Below are positions 44,378-52,712 of a DNA stretch of 64,000 nucleotides, one piece after another. How positions within the stretch are numbered: position 1 is the stretch's first letter; each line of letters opens with the position of its first letter. The stretch covers positions 1 to 64,000 of IMG/VR virus record IMGVR_UViG_3300027969_000074. One strand, 5' to 3'. A model generated the notes under the pieces. That model searched no databases. It had not been told where the DNA came from and was given only the letters and a program-made list of their open reading frames with translations. The stretch is from a virus. The position numbers were made by a program, and so were the translations under genes.

Positions 44378-44675
44378 TAGATTTAGTGATTCTTTTTTTT
44401 GTTTTAATATTAATCTTATCCAATAATTTTTGACATTTTGAACAAGATTCGTAATCTTCAATTTGCTTGTAAAATGCAAGTGCTTTAGTCAAGCAGTCCG
44501 GCCAATCTTTACGGTCAGCAATAACGTCTAATTCTTCATCGACGATTTTCAGTTTTTTAATATAGATATGGGCCCTCTTTTCAGAAAAGGCTAACTCTAT
44601 TTGGGCAACTACTATATCAAAAATTTGTTTTTTGTTAGTGCCATAGTCGAATTTTAAAAAATCATCATGTTTCAT
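44370..44675 (-). CDS. Hypothetical protein with UVR-like EDYE.C motif
   Basis: L.KAL.FY...EDYESC; likely start MKHDD. Confidence 0.55.
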   Translation of the reverse strand: MKHDDFLKFDYGTNKKQIFDIVVAQIELAFSEKRAHIYIKKLKIVDEELDVIADRKDWPDCLTKALAFYKQIEDYESCSKCQKLLDKINIKTKKRITKSNG

Positions 44676-46635
44676 AGCCTGACTTTGAATTATTTCCGTA
44701 GAATGCATCACGCGTTCTTTTTATTTGGTCTATTGTCATTTCATCAAATACATTAACCATTTTGCCAGGTTTTTTAACCTCAGCCGTTGTATTTAATTCT
44801 CTTAAGGCTGAGTGATCGTAACCTGAAGAATTTCCAAGATAAGCTTCGCCTAAATATAATGAATATACTTTTGACAAATAATCTTTAGGTAGTCTATCAA
44901 GTTCGTCATTTACTAATTCCCAAAAGTTTGGTGATTCAAAGAATGCTGCCGTTTCAACACACGTAATTGCTAAATCGTCATTGCCACTTTGACTTCGGTA
45001 ATTACCATTGCTGGATCGGCCAAATGCACCAAGCTCATGAACTGTTTTATGTTCATTTGGTAAAATTTTATTTACTGCAGCTAGATATTTAAAGCGCTCA
45101 CAATATTTAGTCTTATTTGTCTCTGTCATCTTTAACCCAGGTTTCCAATTTATTGAAGTGGTTGTGTGCTTTGAGTGAATTACTTGACCTGGCCAAAAAT
45201 CCTCGTTTTGTGTTAGCTTATCCATTACCCATTCGCCTTTATGGTTAAGCTCAATTAAAAGTTTAACTTTTTCAGGATTAAAGATATTATACAACAAATG
45301 TTCTAAAGTATTACAATATTCGTTAATATCTTTTTTGTTTGACCTAAAAGTTGCAACTTGCACCAGCGTAAAAATATCACCTTCATTTTTAATAAAGTCT
45401 TTTACTTGATCTAGCATTTTTAACGGAAGTGCTGCTAACTTAAAGATATTAATTACTGAATAATCTCTACCCAATCCGTCAGCCGTGTCAATTGCAAAAA
45501 TATAGTTATTACCATCGTTTTTAATATCGTCTGGTGTTAATTTGGCAAGGTTTGGGTGAACGGTAAAGCCGTCTAATAGTACTAAATGCTCTGGGCTTTG
45601 AGCCCATTCTGGGGTGATATATGATGTGCGTAAATTAAATATTTTCTTAAGATCCTTTGATGGTAATAGCAACTTATCTGATGAAAAGAATTGTAGCCCA
45701 TATTCCTGATTAAAGTCTTCTTCTGATCCTAAGTTTGCAATGGTTGCCTGCTTCCATTCATCATCTCTACCTGGAACTTGCCACCAATCTACTCGTAACG
45801 GAACGTATGTATTATTACCGTTCATTGCATCCATGTAAATATCATAGAATCGGTTCATACCATTTGGTGTTGAAGTTATTATAATCTTTGAATTGGATGA
45901 GGCTGAAATTGTAGGATAAATTGCTCGATAAAAGAAATCAAGATAGGATGGGTTAATATGAGCAAACTCATCAATGTAGAGTACGTGAATTGTAAAACCA
46001 ATACCTGTATTTTTAGTGGTAGTACGACCAATTAATCGGCAACCATTGTCAAATTTCATTGACATTACATTATTTGAAATACAGCCAGGTTTTAGGAAGA
46101 ACGGTAGATTTTCAAGTACTGATTTAATTTTATCTAGAACCTCTTTAGTGGTTGATGCAATATTTGCTACAGCCAATACGTTTTTATCAGTATGGAATAT
46201 TAAGTACCAGGCAATAAATACGCCAGACATTACGGTCTTTCCAATTTGACGACTTGCCATTAAGCAATTAAATCGATTATTCTTAAATGATCGGATAATT
46301 TCTTCTTGATAGTCACGTAAGATGATTTGCTCAATACCTTGCTCCTGCATTACTTGAGCATATTTACCGGCAAAGTAAACTGGGTCGGCTTTACATTTTC
46401 GGATTTCTTCAAGCTCTTCTGGAGTATATTCAAATACAATATTTGCCTTTTTCCAAACTGGATCATTATCTTTAAATGGGGAATTTTTGATTGTTTTAAT
46501 ATCAATCACGCCATTTTCAAAATCATCAAGTAACTGTTGTACCTTAACGGTTGTCCAAATCGCACTATTTTCCTGGTCAAGGTCGGAAAGCTTCATCTGA
46601 GTTCTACTTCCGCTATTTGCTATAAAATCTTTCAT
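44665..46635 (-). CDS. terL: Terminase large subunit (T4 gp17-like)
   Basis: LRDYQ, SRQIGKT, IDEFA, STPNG.N.FY, F.QEY, DTADG.G.DYS, DD. Confidence 0.95.
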   Translation of the reverse strand: MKDFIANSGSRTQMKLSDLDQENSAIWTTVKVQQLLDDFENGVIDIKTIKNSPFKDNDPVWKKANIVFEYTPEELEEIRKCKADPVYFAGKYAQVMQEQGIEQIILRDYQEEIIRSFKNNRFNCLMASRQIGKTVMSGVFIAWYLIFHTDKNVLAVANIASTTKEVLDKIKSVLENLPFFLKPGCISNNVMSMKFDNGCRLIGRTTTKNTGIGFTIHVLYIDEFAHINPSYLDFFYRAIYPTISASSNSKIIITSTPNGMNRFYDIYMDAMNGNNTYVPLRVDWWQVPGRDDEWKQATIANLGSEEDFNQEYGLQFFSSDKLLLPSKDLKKIFNLRTSYITPEWAQSPEHLVLLDGFTVHPNLAKLTPDDIKNDGNNYIFAIDTADGLGRDYSVINIFKLAALPLKMLDQVKDFIKNEGDIFTLVQVATFRSNKKDINEYCNTLEHLLYNIFNPEKVKLLIELNHKGEWVMDKLTQNEDFWPGQVIHSKHTTTSINWKPGLKMTETNKTKYCERFKYLAAVNKILPNEHKTVHELGAFGRSSNGNYRSQSGNDDLAITCVETAAFFESPNFWELVNDELDRLPKDYLSKVYSLYLGEAYLGNSSGYDHSALRELNTTAEVKKPGKMVNVFDEMTIDQIKRTRDAFYGNNSKSGYET

Positions 46636-47378
46636 ATTAATGAATTGACGTCATCCATATAGTCGATATCGCTATCTTCCGTAATAATAACATTGGATAC
46701 TCCACGTTCTATCATAACTTCAGCCTTTCGACCTGGGTGAGTTAAGTGCCTAGAGTCAGAAGTATCTTCTTCTATTTCAAGGGCGTCAATTTCTTTTATT
46801 AAATTTTTAGTTCCAGCCGTGATGTAGTAATCGCTTGAGCTTTGAGGTATTGCTCTTGCTTGAGGTCCGGCTCCGCCTGAATCTTTTTGAGCTATATCTT
46901 GATTTACCTTTTTATAAGTATCCTCTAGGAATAGCATGTAATTTGCTTGAGTTTTTACAACAGCTGTTAATTTATCCTGAAGTTGTCCAAATACTTCAAA
47001 TAATCTAGGATGAGTATTTCCTTGATTAATTTCTTCAGTTATTTTTTCAATTGCCATGCGGATGGTTTTTAACTGAAAGAATATATTTTGAATACTTGAA
47101 TTATCAAGCATCTGTTTTTGTTTAATGTATTCGTGCTGGTCTAATACACCAAGATCTACATAGAACGATAGAAGAGAGTCAGTAATATTTTTAGCCTGCC
47201 TTTCAAAGACTGAGTTCATTTCAATAAAATCTAATGGTGGAGCGGCTGCAATTTCAGCAAGCTGCTCATCAATATTATTGTCTTCCTGATTAGGTCCACC
47301 GGAATAGGTGCTTAATAGTGATTCAAGCTCTCCCTTAATTTGAGCCTTTTTTTCCTTTGAGAATACTGGTCCAGCCAT
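46632..47378 (-). CDS. Probable terminase small subunit (gp16-like)
   Basis: HPRLFEVFGQL resembles gp16-family HPR.YEV..QL; ATGA overlap with terL. Confidence 0.6.
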   Translation of the reverse strand: MAGPVFSKEKKAQIKGELESLLSTYSGGPNQEDNNIDEQLAEIAAAPPLDFIEMNSVFERQAKNITDSLLSFYVDLGVLDQHEYIKQKQMLDNSSIQNIFFQLKTIRMAIEKITEEINQGNTHPRLFEVFGQLQDKLTAVVKTQANYMLFLEDTYKKVNQDIAQKDSGGAGPQARAIPQSSSDYYITAGTKNLIKEIDALEIEEDTSDSRHLTHPGRKAEVMIERGVSNVIITEDSDIDYMDDVNSLI

Positions 47379-47381
47379 ACA

Positions 47382-47627
47382 TTAGTTTAGTCGATTTTCA
47401 TTCTTATCTAGCGCAGGATTTGCGAATATTTTAATTTGTTTAACTGCTTCGATATGCTCGTAAATGTAAGCTTCAATATATGCAATAAACGAATCTAATA
47501 TCGGGTTTGCTCCAAACATTTGATTTGAAAGGACTCGTTTCATTAAGTTATCTTTATACATATAACCCAGATGAAGACGTCGGTCTTTTCTATTATACAC
47601 CTTTTGGTACAGAGAGTTTCTTATCAT
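47382..47627 (-). CDS. Hypothetical protein (baseplate-associated?)
   Basis: Coupled to the wedge gene. Confidence 0.5.
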   Translation of the reverse strand: MIRNSLYQKVYNRKDRRLHLGYMYKDNLMKRVLSNQMFGANPILDSFIAYIEAYIYEHIEAVKQIKIFANPALDKNENRLN

Positions 47628-49318
47628 ATAATTCCAATATTTTTACGGGCTACCTGTGCTTTAATTGAAATATTTAGTGCGCCTAGTGCAGATTCAGATA
47701 AACCTTCTGCATACTTATTACCTTGAGAATCAGTCCAACCTCCACGTACTACTGGAAACTCGTCTAGTCCAATAATAATATCATTAAAATCATCTAGTCC
47801 AATCAGTTTATCAGTTGCTGGATTTGCAGTTTTATTAAGTTCGTCAAGCTCACTAATCATATTAATACTAACTGAGTCAACTCCGTTAATTGCTTCAACT
47901 ACTGCAATTAAATCACTCTTTGGAACACGATCTTGTCTTTTCAATTTAATAAAGTATTTACCTAGAGCGTCGGCAATATCTGACTTAACAATATCTTGAG
48001 AAACATCATCAAACGCAATAATACTTAAATTAATTACGTATTTTGTAATTTTTGGATCAAGTATTTTTAGGTCAGTTGAAATCATTTTTGTTCCAGATTT
48101 TTCAACGTATTTCATTAACTCATTCTTTTGAAAATCAGTTAACTTAAAATTACTAACCGGTAGATTAAAATAGTCGGTTCCATTTTTAAACATTTGAGTA
48201 ACATCCGGAACCAAAAAAAGATTAATCATTCGTGAATCCAAAATATTACCATTTGCATCTTGGTCTAAAAATACTTTAATGGTTGAAAACATTTGCATTT
48301 TTTGTAATAAGACTTCATAATTATCTAAGTTAACTAGCGCAAAACTTTTTGATGCACGTGGTGCAATTAATCGAGTTAAGGCAGGATCTTCTGGATCTAC
48401 TCCAAAATTTGGAGCACTTATTGTTACAATTGTAAAATAATCGCTCATTATAATCTCTTCTCCAATTGGAGAAAATCCAGTATCAACAAATGAAAATGAT
48501 ACTTGCGAGTTATTCTCAACTTTAACATTACCTGAAGAGCCGTCAGTATTTAAGTATTCAACAACAATAGTTGAACCGGTTGTTGGAATTTTACCAAATG
48601 ATCCATTACCAAAATAGATGTCCAATCCATTTGTTATACCAGTTTTTGCAATAAATCCTTTTGCTCCTCTTGGAATATCTAATAGTGATTCGTATTTGGT
48701 CCATTTCTCTCCGTTAACATACACGTTAACGATAAAATTATCAATATAAAAATTATTCGGCGCTCCCATTTGATAACTTTCAAATGCAATGCCCTTTGCG
48801 GTAAAGGTTTGGGATTCAATTTGACCTTGTCGAACACTAAAAATTGCAGTAGTTTCAGTACCACTTAGCGCAAGTCTTACTTCTTCTTGAGTAAGTTCAA
48901 TTGCATAGGTAAGTCCATTATTTTCACAACGAACTCTAAATAGGTTATTAAGCACAACTTTAGTGGCAGGTGGGGTAATATTGGGTTTTCTAACAATTCG
49001 GATTTGACCGGTTGCACCAATTGCTCTACTTGGGTTATGGCCAGCAAGAGTAGCTAGCGAATAGATTGACGAAACTCGACTTGCTTCATTTATATTTAGT
49101 TCAGTAATTGAGTCTTCAATATAATAAAAAATAAGTTGACTTAAGTTTTCTACAACAATTAATAGCTGGCCAAATGGAGAAGCTGCAGTAAATACAGAAC
49201 GACTCTGTTTAAACTTTGTTTGTAAGAACTGTATAGTTTCGCTAAGAATATCTCTAACTCGTATATTTAAACTAGTAAAGAGCCTTAGACTGGTATTTTG
49301 TTTAGTAAGGTTTGCCAT
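47624..49318 (-). CDS. Baseplate wedge subunit (T4 gp6-like)
   Basis: A....S...LA...G.NP.R; I.FG.G.FG.IP..G.I.V.Y..T.G..GN; late motif at 49341-49348. Confidence 0.8.
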   Translation of the reverse strand: MANLTKQNTSLRLFTSLNIRVRDILSETIQFLQTKFKQSRSVFTAASPFGQLLIVVENLSQLIFYYIEDSITELNINEASRVSSIYSLATLAGHNPSRAIGATGQIRIVRKPNITPPATKVVLNNLFRVRCENNGLTYAIELTQEEVRLALSGTETTAIFSVRQGQIESQTFTAKGIAFESYQMGAPNNFYIDNFIVNVYVNGEKWTKYESLLDIPRGAKGFIAKTGITNGLDIYFGNGSFGKIPTTGSTIVVEYLNTDGSSGNVKVENNSQVSFSFVDTGFSPIGEEIIMSDYFTIVTISAPNFGVDPEDPALTRLIAPRASKSFALVNLDNYEVLLQKMQMFSTIKVFLDQDANGNILDSRMINLFLVPDVTQMFKNGTDYFNLPVSNFKLTDFQKNELMKYVEKSGTKMISTDLKILDPKITKYVINLSIIAFDDVSQDIVKSDIADALGKYFIKLKRQDRVPKSDLIAVVEAINGVDSVSINMISELDELNKTANPATDKLIGLDDFNDIIIGLDEFPVVRGGWTDSQGNKYAEGLSESALGALNISIKAQVARKNIGII

Positions 49319-49383
49319 TTAAGGAGTAGCTTCTTTTAGGTTATTTATCAGCAGAGTAAAACGTTTATGAAAGAGACCACCTG

Positions 49384-49403
49384 TATAAATAATTAGGTAT
49401 AAT
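49384..49403 (+). promoter_or_regulatory. Dual promoter for tmRNA: TATAAATAA (late) and GGTATAAT
   Basis: Motifs at 49384-49392 and 49396-49403, immediately upstream of the tmRNA. Confidence 0.6.
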
Positions 49404-49414
49404 AACTATTATAT

Positions 49415-49778
49415 GGGGATAACCGGTTTTGACAGAAATTATCGGTTACGCTTGCACGCCGAGGATGATGCTAAGACTCGTTAAAATGTATTACAAACAA
49501 TAAGTGGCAACACTACTTTCTGGAGCCTAGTTAACCAAGGCGTTAACACTCCTGTTACTGAAGAGCTTTTAGCTGCATAAGTAACCAAGCGGCAACTGCT
49601 TGACTAACCAAAGTTGCAAAACCAGCATGGCGTAGCGGCCAAGTCGAACCGTTACCGACTTTAGCTTTAAGTCGTTAAAGAATAAGATATTTCGTCCAAT
49701 TAGAAAAATGGACTAAGCGTGTAAATGAAAGTTTAATTAGAGGTTTTTTGGACGGCGGTTCGATTCCGCCTATCTCCA
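49415..49778 (+). ncRNA. ssrA: tmRNA (transfer-messenger RNA)
   Basis: GGGGATA/TATCTCC-A acceptor stem with G3:U; 5' GGTTTTGAC; T-arm GGCGG-TTCGATT-CCGCC; tag ORF 49506-49580 ends LAA-stop. Confidence 0.93.
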
Positions 49779-49785
49779 CACCACA

Positions 49786-49814
49786 AAAGGTATCCAGCAT
49801 TGGGTACCTTTTTT
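49786..49814 (+). terminator. Terminator after tmRNA
   Basis: AAAGGTATCCA-GCAT-TGGGTACC-T6. Confidence 0.8.
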
Positions 49815-49855
49815 ATTTTCTAAGAGTTGAGTCTGGGCATAAATAAATAAACCAG

Positions 49856-50611
49856 ATGAAAACATTAAACACCGACGATATTTTTCTAAGAAATTTAACA
49901 ATTGCCTTGCTCGATTTGTTAAACGGAGAAATGGAGATTACTATTGCACGAAATGATCATAATGAAACTTTTAAGGTTCCGTTTCTTTATAATTATGGAA
50001 CAGATGAAGGCTTCTTAAAGGATTTTTATATTGGACTGCCTGATAATTGTCGCATTCCAGCAGCAGAAGGAACCTATGATATTATTCCAAGAGGAATTGT
50101 AACTCTTTCAAGCTTCCAAGTTAAACCGTCTGATATTACAAATAGGTTTGTTAGGGGTAGTTTTACTGAACCTGAACGAGGAGAAAACGATCAAAATATC
50201 CTAACTGGATATTCAGCTCAGCTATTTTCTTTTCCAATGTCAATTAAATTTGATGTTAAAATTATTTGCGATAACTTAAATAAAGCATTTAAGATTGCTG
50301 AAAATATGTTACATATTTTTTATGCAAACCGTGTAATGTATTTTCAATATCACGGAGTAAGAATTCCTGCGCAATTTCATTTTCCAGATAATCCAACAAC
50401 CGATAAGACTTATAAGTTTACAATGCTTGATAATAATAAACTAAACGTTACTCTATCAGTTGACGTTGAAACATACTTACCGAGTTTTGAGCATACCTCT
50501 AAACGTAAAAGTTCAAATGTTATTGAAAGATTTGAAGTTAATCGTAAAGGTCCAAGTGGTGATAAATTAACTAAAACTGAATGGGTTGATCAAAACAGTC
50601 CAAATACTTAA
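49856..50611 (+). CDS. Tail terminator/sheath stabilizer (T4 gp15-like)
   Basis: KVPFLY, IPRG, FP..I.F.V.I......A.KI.E; late motif at 49839-49846. Confidence 0.6.
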   Translation: MKTLNTDDIFLRNLTIALLDLLNGEMEITIARNDHNETFKVPFLYNYGTDEGFLKDFYIGLPDNCRIPAAEGTYDIIPRGIVTLSSFQVKPSDITNRFVRGSFTEPERGENDQNILTGYSAQLFSFPMSIKFDVKIICDNLNKAFKIAENMLHIFYANRVMYFQYHGVRIPAQFHFPDNPTTDKTYKFTMLDNNKLNVTLSVDVETYLPSFEHTSKRKSSNVIERFEVNRKGPSGDKLTKTEWVDQNSPNT

Positions 50612-50631
50612 TAAAATAATAAAATAAACAA

Positions 50632-52074
50632 ATGTCAACCTCAAAATCATTTGCATACAATACAGGTTCTCCAATTGCTGGAACAGATCAAGTTGGAGAT
50701 CTAGCAATTAGCGTAGACGACCAAGATTATACAACTTCACCAGGTGGAGTTCAATGGTGGCAAGGTCCAGATCAGGACTTGGGTTACGTTATTGCCTATT
50801 CGCAGCCTAATGATTTACATCCAACACCAGTAGCTGACTATCTCTATTTAGACCCAACTCGTTTAGGTAATAGCGCAGGTTTAAGTAACAGTAATCAAAC
50901 CGTCCAACAACTATTTGGATACGTACAATCAACATTAGGAACTAAATTAATTGGGGCTAATGACCAAGTAATGTTTAGCGTTCTAGTTAGTTTATTAGCG
51001 CCTGCAACTCTCCCAGATAGTCACTATATTGGTATTGGTACTGCAAATATGAATTATAATGGTGTTACCCCAACCCCTTACGGTGCATTCCCAGGTAATG
51101 ATGATCAAAGTATAGGTTATCGTAGTGATGGAACCATTTGGTACAATGGAAACATCGTTAATGGAGTATCATTATCCGCTTGGACAACTGGAGATATAAT
51201 TGATATTGTTATTAATAATAACGTAAATGGGATGTGGGTGAGAGTTAATGGTGGTTATTGGAATAATGACATTAGCTCTGATCCAGAAACTAATGCTAAT
51301 GGTATTGAAATTATTAACAGTCCGTTTTATCCAGTATTATGTCCAGGCTACGAAGGCACAATGACAGTACAAAATAGTGCAGCATATGGAACGCCTAGAA
51401 ATTGTAAACTATTAGGTGATGAAACTGCTGCAGTTGGATTTAAGAGATCAACCTCACTAACTGAAGCCAGTTTTATTGAAGTTGCAAATAGCGTAAGCGG
51501 CCAAGTTTTTATAAGCGGTAATGCTGCAAGTACGTGGTTAACTGATAATGGTTATTGGAATAATTGGTCAAGTTTCGGTAGTTCAGGATTTCAATGGATG
51601 ACAATTAATTCGGTTACATCAACCTCTGCGACAGGCATAGGCCAAAATAATATTACAATTGCAGTTAGTCAAAGCGGTGGTGGTATGGGAATAACGAATG
51701 GTATGTTTGCAGCAACAACTTTTCCTGAACAATATGGTGTACCGCTTAGTGGTAATCAAATTTTAAATCAATTTGCTGGAACTTTTACTGCAGTGTTTAG
51801 TCAACCTGTTCTAAACCCATTGGTTGCATTTGCAAGTGTAGGTCAACCTGGTGTACAGGTACCGGTTCAAGTATCAGCGCCATTTACTCCAATTTTTTCA
51901 CAGGGTATAACCTTTCAAAATGCAGTTAATGGAACTCAATACACTCAATTTATTGGAGAAGAGGGATATACAATTATTCGAATAGACGGTACTGTAAGCA
52001 TTGTAAGTTTTGTCTATACTGCGTCAGAATACTATTGTAATGTTTGTTTTGGATTTGTTGATCAAAATGCATAA
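50632..52074 (+). CDS. Virion protein with SPRY-like beta-sandwich domain
   Basis: SIGY.SDG..WYNG...W..GDII.I.......W.R.NG.W; FYP. Confidence 0.55.
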   Translation: MSTSKSFAYNTGSPIAGTDQVGDLAISVDDQDYTTSPGGVQWWQGPDQDLGYVIAYSQPNDLHPTPVADYLYLDPTRLGNSAGLSNSNQTVQQLFGYVQSTLGTKLIGANDQVMFSVLVSLLAPATLPDSHYIGIGTANMNYNGVTPTPYGAFPGNDDQSIGYRSDGTIWYNGNIVNGVSLSAWTTGDIIDIVINNNVNGMWVRVNGGYWNNDISSDPETNANGIEIINSPFYPVLCPGYEGTMTVQNSAAYGTPRNCKLLGDETAAVGFKRSTSLTEASFIEVANSVSGQVFISGNAASTWLTDNGYWNNWSSFGSSGFQWMTINSVTSTSATGIGQNNITIAVSQSGGGMGITNGMFAATTFPEQYGVPLSGNQILNQFAGTFTAVFSQPVLNPLVAFASVGQPGVQVPVQVSAPFTPIFSQGITFQNAVNGTQYTQFIGEEGYTIIRIDGTVSIVSFVYTASEYYCNVCFGFVDQNA

Positions 52075-52084
52075 CCTTGCATAA

Positions 52085-52702
52085 TTAATCAAAGTCTAAT
52101 TCCAAGTCAAAATTATAATATTGGAAAGTGGCAGTGAATGTTGTAAACTGCGGAGTTATTGATGAATATGATAGATTCATTTCACTTAATGACTTTAGCA
52201 TTGGTCTATTAAAAACAATAGATGAAACTGCATAGCCTTCATTATTTAAGAGAGTTAATCTGATTGGATGAAAAAACGGATGATTTGCATTTGCAATTGG
52301 ATTTACGGATAATGCTTGGCCTAATGAATTATTGCCAAGATTGTCTGGATTAACATTTGCCGGTTCTAAATAATTTAAGGCATTATCTAAAAATATAAAA
52401 TAGTTTAGATATGCATCAGTTAACTTAAAGGTTAATTTAAGTTCTCTCGTAAATTGATCAGCTATTGGTTTTGCACTCTGCAATTCTTGAATCTTGCCAA
52501 GTGTTCGGGTCTGAGTTGGCAAAGTTGAAGAAAATCCTGGAAAATTCACAGTTTGTATAGTTGATGCCATAAAATCAGATAATGACTTATATGGCAATAA
52601 TAGACTTCTATAATATTTGTTGTACTTTTGTTGCACAACACCATTAAAGAAGTCCATTGGTAGGTTTATTAAAAATGAATTTTGTCTAGCGTTTAATATC
52701 AT
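52085..52702 (-). CDS. Tail tube-like fold protein
   Basis: IQTVNFPG, L.LTF, L.SLS...L.Y......TF.ATF.Y. Confidence 0.55.
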   Translation of the reverse strand: MILNARQNSFLINLPMDFFNGVVQQKYNKYYRSLLLPYKSLSDFMASTIQTVNFPGFSSTLPTQTRTLGKIQELQSAKPIADQFTRELKLTFKLTDAYLNYFIFLDNALNYLEPANVNPDNLGNNSLGQALSVNPIANANHPFFHPIRLTLLNNEGYAVSSIVFNRPMLKSLSEMNLSYSSITPQFTTFTATFQYYNFDLELDFD

Positions 52703-52712
52703 ATAGAATTAT

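Noticed and set aside
44665-46635. Intein in the long terminase
   Set aside because: No Cys/Ser...His-Asn splice motifs or LAGLIDADG blocks; the extra length is dispersed
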